Shown here: positions 15,300 to 23,299 of the stretch, piece by piece
How the letters are laid out: every line of letters starts with the position of its first letter
Numbering within the stretch: position 1 is the first letter of the stretch
IMG/VR virus record: IMGVR_UViG_3300033148_001052
Span: 1 to 56,684 of that record
Origin: a virus
DNA: 56,684 nucleotides
Reading direction: 5' to 3' (one strand)
Program-made: the position numbers and the translations under genes
The notes under the pieces: generated by a model
Databases searched by the model: none
The model's input: the letters and a program-made list of their open reading frames with translations, nothing else
Told to the model about the DNA's origin: nothing

Positions 15300-16104
15300 A
15301 GATGAGTATATGCACCTAGCTCCTGATGAAGCTGGTAGTGTGAGAGTCAACCATGACAGTGATGATTGTCAAGGCGACAGTAAATCAATGATAATTACGA
15401 GGAAAGAAGATGGAACAATTAATGCTTGCTGTTTTAGGTGCGGCCTCTACGGTTCTTATAGTGAAGTTTACTATAGACCTGCGACATCTACGAAGCCGAC
15501 TGTTTGCCTTGGAGATGGTAGTAGGCCATGTCTTAAGCTCCCCTACGATGCAGAAGGAGATCATGCCAAATGGCCGCCTCAAGCTAGGGTCTGGATTTAC
15601 GGAGGGAGACTCAGCTCAGACCAAACAAGAGAGCTAGGTGCTGTCTATAGCCCTAGCATGGGGAGAGTGTTGCTCCCTGTGTATGATTGGGAAGAGAGGA
15701 GCAGACTAATAGGCTGGGTTAGTAGGAAGATTAAGGCAGATGATAGTAGACCAAAGTATTTAACTGAGACACTTGACAACAGCAAATTTATATGGTATAA
15801 TAATACCTTCGGTGGTTCAGACACCTTAGTCATTACAGAAGATATACTTTCTGCTTTAAGAACATCTAAATATTATCCTTCACTATCTCTCTTAGGAGTT
15901 TACTTAAAACCTGCTGCTCTTAGTATAGTTAAACAATATACTAAGTTTATTATTTGGTTAGATAATGACAACCCTCAAGTTAAGAGACAACAATTAGTTC
16001 TTAAGAATTCTTTAGAGCTTATAGGTGATGTAATAATATTACACACTGCTAAAGACCCTAAGAGTTATTCAGATGATGAGATGAAAGAGGTGTTAGGAAT
16101 ATGA
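15283..16104 (+). CDS. DNA primase (zinc-binding + TOPRIM)
   Basis: Cys cluster CQGD..ACCFRCG, TOPRIM-like LVITEDILSA and IWLDNDNP. GGGAGA before ATG 15283 (the track starts at a TTG 15 nt earlier). Confidence 0.8.
   Translation: MEYLHKDEYMHLAPDEAGSVRVNHDSDDCQGDSKSMIITRKEDGTINACCFRCGLYGSYSEVYYRPATSTKPTVCLGDGSRPCLKLPYDAEGDHAKWPPQARVWIYGGRLSSDQTRELGAVYSPSMGRVLLPVYDWEERSRLIGWVSRKIKADDSRPKYLTETLDNSKFIWYNNTFGGSDTLVITEDILSALRTSKYYPSLSLLGVYLKPAALSIVKQYTKFIIWLDNDNPQVKRQQLVLKNSLELIGDVIILHTAKDPKSYSDDEMKEVLGI
15773..15801 (+). promoter_or_regulatory. Perfect sigma70 promoter TTGACA-N17-TATAAT with extended -10 (TGgTATAAT), inside the primase ORF
   Basis: ttgacaacagcaaatttatatggtataat. Confidence 0.7.
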
Positions 16105-16328
16105 AAGAAGTTAAGGGTAGCCTATGGACTAAAATGGATAGCCTATGTCTAGTCATAGAGGATGGAGAGGGTAGGTATAGGTTGGTGAGTTTAACTAAAG
16201 GATATGAGGGGCAGCTAATGACTCAGGTATATGAAACAGAGAGTGAGGCTGTTGATGATATGACAGGCTATAGGAAACTAGATATTAATATAAGCAAGGT
16301 GTTACGGGAGGTGTTAGATGTCCGCTGA
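16101..16328 (+). CDS. Hypothetical protein (75 aa)
   Basis: ATGA overlap with the primase stop. Confidence 0.6.
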   Translation: MKEVKGSLWTKMDSLCLVIEDGEGRYRLVSLTKGYEGQLMTQVYETESEAVDDMTGYRKLDINISKVLREVLDVR

Positions 16329-17574
16329 ATTAGATTTGTTGTTGTTGTTTGCAGAGAAGGAAACCTTTGATAGGTTCCATAGGTTTATTAAGAAGAGTAC
16401 GGTGACTAAGGAGAGCTGGACTATCATCTCTGATATGTTTGAATGGTATGATAAACATTCTAAGATTGATTGGGATAGTTTCAATACATGGTTCAGAGTT
16501 GTTAGGCATCCTACATTTAAGAAGGAGACATTAGATTTATATAGTATTATATTTGATAGGCTTAGTGGTCAGACACTAGGAGATACGTCTGAGGCTATAC
16601 TAAAGAGATTGATAGAGAGAGACTATGCTACCAAGTTATCCTCTGTTGCTATGTCTATTGCTGAGGGAGAGAACAAACACCTATGGGATGAGGTGATAGA
16701 CCTAACAGATGAATACTACATTGACATTGGTAGGGCTGCTGAGATAGCCAGTAGATTTGTAGCTGATGACATCTCTGCTATGGTAGGTAAGGTGACAGGC
16801 AAGGGACTTGATTGGAGATTGAATGAACTCAACTATTCATGTGGCCCTATAAGACAAGGAGACTTCATTGTTGTAGCTGCCTATGTAGATACAGGTAAGA
16901 CTACATTCATAGCCAGTGAGAGTACATACATGGCTAAACAATTGGAAGAGGGTGAGTGTGTCATTTGGTTTAACAATGAGGAAGATGGGAGCAAGGTTAA
17001 GTATCGTACTGTCCAAGCAACCTTAGCTAAAGACCATACAGCCTTAGCTGCTATGAATCCTGCTGATGTAACGAGGGAATACAATGCAGCCTTGGGTGGT
17101 GAGAGTAGGCTTATGATATATGATGAGAAGTATATTCACATTAAGGATGTTGAGGAGGTGTTGAAACATTACAATCCCGGACTAATCATCTTTGATCAGC
17201 TCTTTAAGATTGCAGGATTCCAGAATGAATTCTCTGAGGTGGAGAGACAACGCAGGTTGTTCGGTTGGGCAAGGAAACTTGCTGCTGACTATTGCCCTGT
17301 GATTGCTGTGACACAAGCAGACTCTACAACTAATGGTGAGATGTACATTGAGGCTAATCAATTGTATGGGTCTAAGGTAGCTATGCAATCTGAGGCTGAT
17401 GCCATCATCACTATTGGTCGCAGTCTTACTGGAGCCTTTAGCCCCACCACTAGATTCATTTATGTTCCTAAGAATAAATTAACAGGAGGCCCATTGAGTG
17501 ATGAGAGGTTTAGGAATGGGAAGTTTGAGGTTCAGATTGAGCCTACCATAGCTCGTTACCGAGGTAGTATGTAA
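16318..17574 (+). CDS. Replicative DNA helicase (DnaB / T7 gp4 helicase-domain type)
   Basis: Walker A AAYVDTGKTTF, Walker B-like LIIFDQL, RecA-like fold features, 418 aa, directly after the primase. Confidence 0.85.
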   Translation: MSAELDLLLLFAEKETFDRFHRFIKKSTVTKESWTIISDMFEWYDKHSKIDWDSFNTWFRVVRHPTFKKETLDLYSIIFDRLSGQTLGDTSEAILKRLIERDYATKLSSVAMSIAEGENKHLWDEVIDLTDEYYIDIGRAAEIASRFVADDISAMVGKVTGKGLDWRLNELNYSCGPIRQGDFIVVAAYVDTGKTTFIASESTYMAKQLEEGECVIWFNNEEDGSKVKYRTVQATLAKDHTALAAMNPADVTREYNAALGGESRLMIYDEKYIHIKDVEEVLKHYNPGLIIFDQLFKIAGFQNEFSEVERQRRLFGWARKLAADYCPVIAVTQADSTTNGEMYIEANQLYGSKVAMQSEADAIITIGRSLTGAFSPTTRFIYVPKNKLTGGPLSDERFRNGKFEVQIEPTIARYRGSM

Positions 17575-17575
17575 T

Positions 17576-17773
17576 ATGAAAAGAAAGATGCCTGTGCCTA
17601 TTAAGCATATCACTACTAGGAGATTCTTATTAGGAGGACTATGTAATGCCAGTGAGTGTGGGCCAGCGGATTGTTCTAATTGCTCTTATGATTATAAGGA
17701 CAAAGGGGACAACACTATAACAAACAAAGAACTATGGGAGGCATTTAATAATGTACTTGATTACAGACCTTGA
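17576..17773 (+). CDS. Small four-Cys protein, family member 4 (65 aa)
   Basis: LLGGLCNASECGPADCSNCSY...LWEAFNNVLDY. Confidence 0.6.
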   Translation: MKRKMPVPIKHITTRRFLLGGLCNASECGPADCSNCSYDYKDKGDNTITNKELWEAFNNVLDYRP

Positions 17774-18926
17774 GACTTCTGTGAAGAATGTTGGGGAGGG
17801 AGCAATAGGAACTAACAAAGCTAATGTCCATCATCCAGATAATAGGATTGTTATGTATGGCTTTAAGATGGAGGGGAAGCCAGAAGTTACAGGACATTAT
17901 AAGGAGTCTCATGTTAAGGGCATGACAATCCCACCTGAGAAATGGAAGAATGTTGACATATTAGTAGGACACAATGTTAAGTTTGACATTCAATACCTAT
18001 GGAAGTTCCATCCTGAACTCAAGCCTTGGTTTAATACAGGGAAGATATGGGACACACAGTTGGCGGAGTACATCCTGTCAGGACAGACACATCTATACCC
18101 TAAGCTAGACGATTGCTCTGTTAAGTATGGAGGTACACTTAAGGACGATAGGATAAAGGACTATTGGAATTCAGGTGTTGACACTGAGGACATCCCTGAG
18201 CATGAGCTTAAGGAATATCTTGAGTGGGACTTGAAGAACACAGAGACAGTGTTCCTACATCAAGTAGCTAAGGCAGAAGAACTAGGGATGATAGATTTGA
18301 TATGGTTCCAGATGGATGCCTTGCTATGTACAACAGAGATGGAATGGAATGGTATGTACTTCAACAGAGAGACAGCCGAGGTGTTGTCTGATAAGGTAGG
18401 GAGGCAGAGGGATGCGTTGCTAGATAAGCTAACTATTGTCATGGAAGCTGCGGGTATTCGTGATGTCAATCCTTTAAGTAATGACCATGTATCCTTGTTC
18501 TTCTTTGGTGGAGAGCAGAAGTATAGAGCTAGGGTTCCTATTATGGATGAGGTTACAGGGATGCAGAAGGTGTATGGCCCTACAGCTATGAAGGCAGGGC
18601 AAGGTAAGTTTAGAATAGAGGACAGGGTAGAGAGCATCAAAGGGTTTTTAGTTCCTAAGAAAGAATATGAAGCTAAGAAGCCGGGGTTCTACAAGGTGAA
18701 TGATGAGGTGATGAATGACATCAAGGGGGACAGTGAGCTGGCGTTAGATTTCCTTAAGCTAAGACAGCTTAATAAAGACATCAATACATATTACAAGGGG
18801 TATAGTGATTTGGTGTGGCCTAATGGTTTGATACATGGTAGCTTGAATCATTGTGCTACTGCGACTGGTCGCCTATCTTCAACAAAGCCCAACATGCAAA
18901 ACATATCTAGCTATGAGGAGGAATAA
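17751..18926 (+). CDS. Family A DNA polymerase, part 1 (3'-5' exonuclease plus N-terminal polymerase region)
   Basis: Exo I ITDLET, Exo II HNVKFDIQYL. Ends right after TGRLSSTKPNMQNI. Confidence 0.85.
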   Translation: MYLITDLETSVKNVGEGAIGTNKANVHHPDNRIVMYGFKMEGKPEVTGHYKESHVKGMTIPPEKWKNVDILVGHNVKFDIQYLWKFHPELKPWFNTGKIWDTQLAEYILSGQTHLYPKLDDCSVKYGGTLKDDRIKDYWNSGVDTEDIPEHELKEYLEWDLKNTETVFLHQVAKAEELGMIDLIWFQMDALLCTTEMEWNGMYFNRETAEVLSDKVGRQRDALLDKLTIVMEAAGIRDVNPLSNDHVSLFFFGGEQKYRARVPIMDEVTGMQKVYGPTAMKAGQGKFRIEDRVESIKGFLVPKKEYEAKKPGFYKVNDEVMNDIKGDSELALDFLKLRQLNKDINTYYKGYSDLVWPNGLIHGSLNHCATATGRLSSTKPNMQNISSYEEE

Positions 18927-18928
18927 CT

Positions 18929-19156
18929 ATGGGCATAGAAGAACTTAAATTATTCTGGGCTAACATTGAGAGTGAGAAGGAGATAGACCAGAGGCTTACC
19001 TATCAACACATGATGAACAAGAGTGTCTCCGATACACCCTTGACACACATTGAGCATACATATCTCTATAGGTATAAGGGGAAGTTTGAGAGTGTAGAGG
19101 CACATGAGATTGACATTAGTTATGCTAAGATATTCTTAGTGGGAGGAGGGAAATGA
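18929..19156 (+). CDS. Hypothetical protein (75 aa) in the gap of the split polymerase
   Basis: GAGGAGGA Shine-Dalgarno site, ORF track. Confidence 0.55.
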   Translation: MGIEELKLFWANIESEKEIDQRLTYQHMMNKSVSDTPLTHIEHTYLYRYKGKFESVEAHEIDISYAKIFLVGGGK

Positions 19157-19323
19157 ATAGTAAGGAGTTACAGATTATCTCAGACTTGGTGGTGAAGTTG
19201 ACAGAGCTAAGGCAAAGCAAATGCCCTCAGTTATGTGTAGAGAACTTCGCTACTAATTGTTTTGGACAACTACTTGGGGAATATACAATGCACAAGCAAG
19301 GAATGATTAGACTAGGAGAATAG
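19153..19323 (+). CDS. Hypothetical protein (56 aa) in the gap of the split polymerase
   Basis: ATGA overlap with the previous stop. 57 codons to TAG 19321-19323. Confidence 0.45.
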   Translation: MNSKELQIISDLVVKLTELRQSKCPQLCVENFATNCFGQLLGEYTMHKQGMIRLGE

Positions 19324-19324
19324 T

Positions 19325-20188
19325 ATGAGCCAGATTAAAGAATGCTTTGAGTCTAGGTATGGGGAGGATGGTGTCATTATGGAGGCTGACTTCTCTCAGC
19401 TAGAAGTAATTGGGCTGGCCTTTATATCAGGAGACAAGCAGCTAAAGAAAGATATTGAGGATGGGTTGGACAGTCATTGTCTTAATGCAAGCCTATTGTA
19501 CAATGAAGACTATTCTTTTATTAAATCTAGGGTGGATGCAGGGGATAAGGAATGGATTAAGAAACGTAAGATGAGTAAGGCTCCGGGATTCCTCATCATC
19601 TATGGTGGTGGGGCTATGGCTATGGCTAAGGCTACAGGGCTACCACAGGCTCAGTGTCAGGAGTTCATAGACAACTACTACTCTAGGTATTGGAGAGTGA
19701 AGGAATGGCAGGACGAGGTGATACAGGACGTTAGAGATAGCAGGGTGATGACTACCAAGCGTACTGCTGCTGGATTCCCTGCTGGTCAGGGGGAATACAT
19801 ATCCATCACAGGTAGAAAATATGTATTTACAGAGTATGATGCACCTGATTGGATGATGGAGAAGACAAGCTTCTCTCCTACACAGATGAAGAACTATGGT
19901 ATCCAAGGGTTTAGTACAGGAGACTTGGTTCCCTTGGCACTAGGTAAGTTATATAGAAAGATTAAGGAGAGGTTTAATGAAGAAGTAAAACTAATCAACA
20001 CCATCCATGATAGTGTGTTGCTTGACTGCCCTGTAACATGTTACAAGGAAGTGGCACAGGTTGTTAAGGAAGTATTAGAAGATACACCAGCATACTTTGA
20101 GGAGATATATGGGATTGAGTTTCCCTTAGAACTCAAGGTTGATGTAGAAGTTGGAGAGACTTGGGCAACTAAGGCTTCAATTAAATAG
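19325..20188 (+). CDS. Family A DNA polymerase, part 2 (motifs A, B and C)
   Basis: Motif A IMEADFSQLEV, motif C-like TIHDSVLLD. AGGAGA Shine-Dalgarno site. Confidence 0.85.
   Translation: MSQIKECFESRYGEDGVIMEADFSQLEVIGLAFISGDKQLKKDIEDGLDSHCLNASLLYNEDYSFIKSRVDAGDKEWIKKRKMSKAPGFLIIYGGGAMAMAKATGLPQAQCQEFIDNYYSRYWRVKEWQDEVIQDVRDSRVMTTKRTAAGFPAGQGEYISITGRKYVFTEYDAPDWMMEKTSFSPTQMKNYGIQGFSTGDLVPLALGKLYRKIKERFNEEVKLINTIHDSVLLDCPVTCYKEVAQVVKEVLEDTPAYFEEIYGIEFPLELKVDVEVGETWATKASIK
20033..20046 (+). promoter_or_regulatory. Recurrent palindrome GTAACATGTTACAA (copy 11, intragenic)
   Basis: Inside the 3' end of polymerase part 2, 150 nt upstream of the -35 at 20197. Confidence 0.5.
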
Positions 20189-20196
20189 AATAAAGC

Positions 20197-20225
20197 TTGA
20201 CAAAACTTAAGCGTTGTGATATAAT
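20197..20225 (+). promoter_or_regulatory. Perfect sigma70 promoter TTGACA-N17-TATAAT with extended -10 (TGaTATAAT)
   Basis: ttgacaaaacttaagcgttgtgatataat, intergenic, 40 nt upstream of ATG 20265. Confidence 0.8.
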
Positions 20226-20264
20226 GTGCAACGTAATTACAATGAAACATAGAGGAAAGAAACA

Positions 20265-20702
20265 ATGAGTCAGAATATTGAAATCACAGGTAAATGTAAG
20301 TGGGCTAAAGTACAATCACCAGACACACAGTACACACCATGCTGGTCTATTGATATGATACTGGAAACTGATGTAGCTCAGGAGCTAGAGAAGCTAGGCA
20401 TCCCTGTTAAGACAGACAAGGATGGTGATATGATTATTAAAGTTAAGCGTAATGTCACCGCTAAGAGTGGTAAGCCTAATGACCCACCTGAGGTGGTAGA
20501 TAGTGCAGGTAATCCATTCTCTAGTATGATTGGTAATGGGTCTACTGTTACAGTGGGTATGGCTGTGTTTGATTGGACACATGCTGGTAAGACAGGGGTT
20601 ACATGCTTCCTGAATAAGGTGACGGTGGTAGACCTAGTGGAGTTTGGTGGTGACACACTAAGCTTCGGTAAGGTTCCAGCCTCAGTAGGATTGTTCGACT
20701 AA
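20265..20702 (+). CDS. Single-stranded DNA-binding protein, T7 gp2.5 / DUF2815-like (putative)
   Basis: 145 aa, OB-fold-like pattern G..VTVGMAVFDW...GVTCFLNKVTVVDLVEFGG. Sits in the replication module behind a strong promoter. Confidence 0.55.
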   Translation: MSQNIEITGKCKWAKVQSPDTQYTPCWSIDMILETDVAQELEKLGIPVKTDKDGDMIIKVKRNVTAKSGKPNDPPEVVDSAGNPFSSMIGNGSTVTVGMAVFDWTHAGKTGVTCFLNKVTVVDLVEFGGDTLSFGKVPASVGLFD

Positions 20703-20798
20703 TTCCTCCTCATCCTGAGCTAGATGTAAAATAGTTCCCTCCCTTGTAGGAGGTTAAATAATAGTCCTGAGCATGACTCGTAACTAAAAGGCTCACTT

Positions 20799-20877
20799 GG
20801 GGGTGATAGGTATCGACAGAAGTAAAAGCCTACATGGAAGCTTCTGGAAGGGAGTTCGATTCTCCCCACCTCCACCA
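20799..20877 (+). ncRNA. tmRNA tRNA-like-domain (TLD)-like RNA, 79 nt, with no anticodon arm and no mRNA-like domain
   Basis: 7-bp acceptor stem GGGGGTG/CACCTCC with a G3-U70 wobble, A73, encoded CCA. T arm GGGAG-TTCGATT-CTCCC. The 5' segment GGGGGTGATAGGTATCGAC parallels the tmRNA 5' consensus. A CAGAAG/CTTCTG helix is capped by an 18-nt loop. Confidence 0.65.
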
Positions 20878-20897
20878 AATTTATAGGAGGAATAGTT

Positions 20898-21116
20898 ATG
20901 GAACTTGAAGACTTTAAGTTCTCTGTTCGTAACGAGAAGGAGAGTAGGGCAGTACAGGAGACCTTGTTCTCCGTTGGTTATAAGTGGCAGAGTGGAGGTA
21001 AAGAAATAAACCACACAGAGGCAAAGCACTTGTTTGCTCATTCGGTTGGTATAATAAGTTATGGTGGTAGTAGAAATTATTTCAGACGGAAGCCTCACAA
21101 GGAGATTAAGCTATGA
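20898..21116 (+). CDS. Hypothetical protein (72 aa)
   Basis: AGGAGG Shine-Dalgarno site, ORF track. Confidence 0.6.
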   Translation: MELEDFKFSVRNEKESRAVQETLFSVGYKWQSGGKEINHTEAKHLFAHSVGIISYGGSRNYFRRKPHKEIKL

Positions 21117-21979
21117 GCAACAGAGAGGACATTACCAAGCTCTTAATTGATTCAGACAGCATAGCTTACAGGGCTGCTGCTAGTGCCCAAGGAGCTGAGT
21201 GGGTGGTGGAGGATACTGGCAGTATGTCTGTCCTCCATCGTACTAAGTATAAGAAGGACGCAGTGGCATGGGTGGAAGCCAATGTACATGACGATGAGCT
21301 GGATAATATTCTTTACACCAAAGAGTTTACACCTGAGGATGTATCACATGCCTTGCATAACATAAAGACTATGGTGAAAGGTATTGAAGACTTCTTCCCT
21401 AATGTCACAGAGCATACACATTATCTAACAGGCTCAGTTAACTATAGGGACGAGGTGGCTACTATAGCTCCATACAAAGGGAACAGAGACAGTAGCAATA
21501 AGCCCTATCACCTCCCTGCATGTAGAGAGTTCTTAGGAACTAAGTATGGGGCTGTCATAGTGGAAGGCTATGAGGCTGATGATGCTTGCTCTATGGCACA
21601 GAGGAATGACACATGTATTGTTTCGATAGACAAGGATTTGAATACAGTACCGGGGTGGCATTTCAATTGGGTGAAGCAAGAGTTGTATTATGTTACTATT
21701 GAGGAAGCTGAATACTTCTTCTGGCAACAGATGATACAAGGAGACACAACAGATAATATCAAAGGGGTTCCTAGGTATGGTGAGAAGAAGGCTAAGAAAG
21801 TATTGGACGAAGCCTTGGCAAATGGTGTTAGTCTTGCCTGTGCAGTTGGGCATTTGTATGCTGACGCTTATGCTAATCCTGAGTCTGCCTTTGAAGAGAA
21901 TGCTAGATTACTTTGGATGAGTTTAGAATTCCCTAATGATTGGAGTTGGGATTTAATAGGAGATGTAGATGAAGACTAG
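21113..21979 (+). CDS. 5'-3' exonuclease / flap endonuclease (FEN, Pol I N-terminal-domain type)
   Basis: DSDSIAYRAA, YKGNRD, GYEADD, VSIDKDL, and H3TH-like GDTTDNIKGVPRYGEKKAKKVL. Confidence 0.9.
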   Translation: MSNREDITKLLIDSDSIAYRAAASAQGAEWVVEDTGSMSVLHRTKYKKDAVAWVEANVHDDELDNILYTKEFTPEDVSHALHNIKTMVKGIEDFFPNVTEHTHYLTGSVNYRDEVATIAPYKGNRDSSNKPYHLPACREFLGTKYGAVIVEGYEADDACSMAQRNDTCIVSIDKDLNTVPGWHFNWVKQELYYVTIEEAEYFFWQQMIQGDTTDNIKGVPRYGEKKAKKVLDEALANGVSLACAVGHLYADAYANPESAFEENARLLWMSLEFPNDWSWDLIGDVDED

Positions 21980-22301
21980 GAAGAACAATCAATTGAAGGA
22001 GGACATTCTTTCCTATCTTAAAGCTGGTATGTCTCCCACTGATGTAGCCTATGCTTTACAGGTGGCATTAGGCACTGTATATAAATATAAGAGAGGAGAC
22101 TTAGGGGAGGAAGCAGGAGCCTTAGCTTGTAGACAGAGCACAGCAGATTACTTTGAATACTTTCAGATGGACAAGGCACTAGAGACAGGGAACTTATGCA
22201 ACGGTATTCCTATTATATCTGAGTGTAACCCTGTATTGGAATCCTTGATAGCTGAGGAAGAATTGTTAGAGAGGCTCAATCGTGGCGAAGAGAGTAGCTA
22301 A
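21969..22301 (+). CDS. HTH DNA-binding protein (110 aa)
   Basis: LKAGMSPTDVAYALQVALGTVYKYKRG looks like a helix-turn-helix. Confidence 0.55.
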   Translation: MKTRKNNQLKEDILSYLKAGMSPTDVAYALQVALGTVYKYKRGDLGEEAGALACRQSTADYFEYFQMDKALETGNLCNGIPIISECNPVLESLIAEEELLERLNRGEESS

Positions 22302-22647
22302 AACTAGGAACGGAGGGACTAAGAGCGAAGCAGCTTATTGGGCAATGGTACGGAGTGCTTTAAGGAGAGCCTTTAGGTACTGGCGACCTGCTACAGATTG
22401 TAAGATGGAAGCACGTAGACCTAATCAAAGTGATAACAAGAGGATGAAGTGGGAATACTTATGTAACCATTGTGACAATTGGTATCCAGATAAGGAAGTT
22501 CAAATCGACCATATAGTTCCTGTAGGAACTTTAAAGTGTGGTGATGACCTCAAGAGTTTCATGGAAAGGCTTACACCAGAGACAGGGTTCCAAGTGTTAT
22601 GTAAGCCTTGTCATCAAGTCAAGACTAACGAAGAGAGGGGAAGATAA
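22282..22647 (+). CDS. HNH endonuclease
   Basis: CNHCDNWY..QIDHIVPVG..CKPCHQVKTNEE. GTG start. Confidence 0.8.
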   Translation: MAKRVAKTRNGGTKSEAAYWAMVRSALRRAFRYWRPATDCKMEARRPNQSDNKRMKWEYLCNHCDNWYPDKEVQIDHIVPVGTLKCGDDLKSFMERLTPETGFQVLCKPCHQVKTNEERGR

Positions 22648-22919
22648 TGGAAGAGGGTATTATATTTATAGCACAATTTATTACTATATACCTTCTAGGT
22701 ATACAACAGAAGAATGTAATAGGGGGGCATTATGTATTTGCCTTCCTAACTTCTTTAGTTCTAGGTGTTAGTGGGTGGTATCTCACTAGTATAATTGCTG
22801 CTGCTAATCTGGATGCGATAGGTAGTACAGTGTGGTGGAGTTTTATAGTTGCTGGGCCATTAGCTATTACTACAGCTATGCGGACACATCCAATTATTAT
22901 TAAGAGGTTTATCAAATGA
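22647..22919 (+). CDS. Membrane protein (90 aa, about 3 hydrophobic helices)
   Basis: TAATG overlap, hydrophobic segments. Confidence 0.6.
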   Translation: MEEGIIFIAQFITIYLLGIQQKNVIGGHYVFAFLTSLVLGVSGWYLTSIIAAANLDAIGSTVWWSFIVAGPLAITTAMRTHPIIIKRFIK

Positions 22920-23299
22920 ATGAGGAGACAGGAGGTACAGTAGTATACACAGAGATACAATGGAGAGAAGAGTATGATGTAGAAAGAATGTGGACTCGTC
23001 TTGAAGGTGTTATGTATTACGGGTATGGTAAGGGAGTTGTATCTATTGATAATTCTAAGCATATTGTTTTCACTTATGCTGGCGAAAGGAACTTAAGGGA
23101 TAGTGAGGCTGGTATATATAATGCAGAGAGTCAAATGGCTCAGGTGGTTGTAGAGTATGTAGAGAAGCTGGGAGCTAAGGATGCTATGTGTAGGAGAGAC
23201 ATTAAGCGAGGGGACAGTGTATTTATTCCTAGCCTTCATGCTTCTGCCTTGTATTATAGTGCTCCTATGATTAACCCTTGTTTGGAGATAGAATTATAA
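22916..23299 (+). CDS. Hypothetical protein (127 aa)
   Basis: ATGA overlap, ORF track. Confidence 0.6.
   Translation: MNEETGGTVVYTEIQWREEYDVERMWTRLEGVMYYGYGKGVVSIDNSKHIVFTYAGERNLRDSEAGIYNAESQMAQVVVEYVEKLGAKDAMCRRDIKRGDSVFIPSLHASALYYSAPMINPCLEIEL

Noticed and set aside
5827-20046. GTAACA/TGTTACAA motif and TTATAAG-G-rich strings as promoters for a phage single-subunit RNA polymerase
   Set aside because: No ORF shows T7-type RNAP motifs or a DxDGD two-barrel motif. The largest ORF (1242 aa) looks like an internal virion protein. Perfect host sigma70 promoters are present instead.
20736-20760. CCTCC-n6-GGAGG hairpin after the SSB gene as a terminator
   Set aside because: The stem is only 5 bp and no real U-tract follows. 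It would also cut the tmRNA-like RNA off from the only nearby promoter.
20799-20877. Reading the element as an ordinary tRNA gene
   Set aside because: Only the acceptor stem and T arm are canonical. With a 4- or 5-nt variable loop, no 5-bp anticodon stem and 7-nt loop can be formed, and the D region lacks a proper stem.
20840-20877. Reading the tRNA-like 3' end as an attP core for integration into a host tRNA or ssrA gene
   Set aside because: No integrase or recombinase gene is visible anywhere in the genome. The matching 5' acceptor strand and the tmRNA-like 5' segment are also present, which an attP core does not need. BLAST against host genomes is still needed to exclude it.
20793-21098. 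101-aa - strand ORF
   Set aside because: It overlaps the tmRNA-like RNA and a + strand gene with a strong Shine-Dalgarno site, in an otherwise purely + strand arm.
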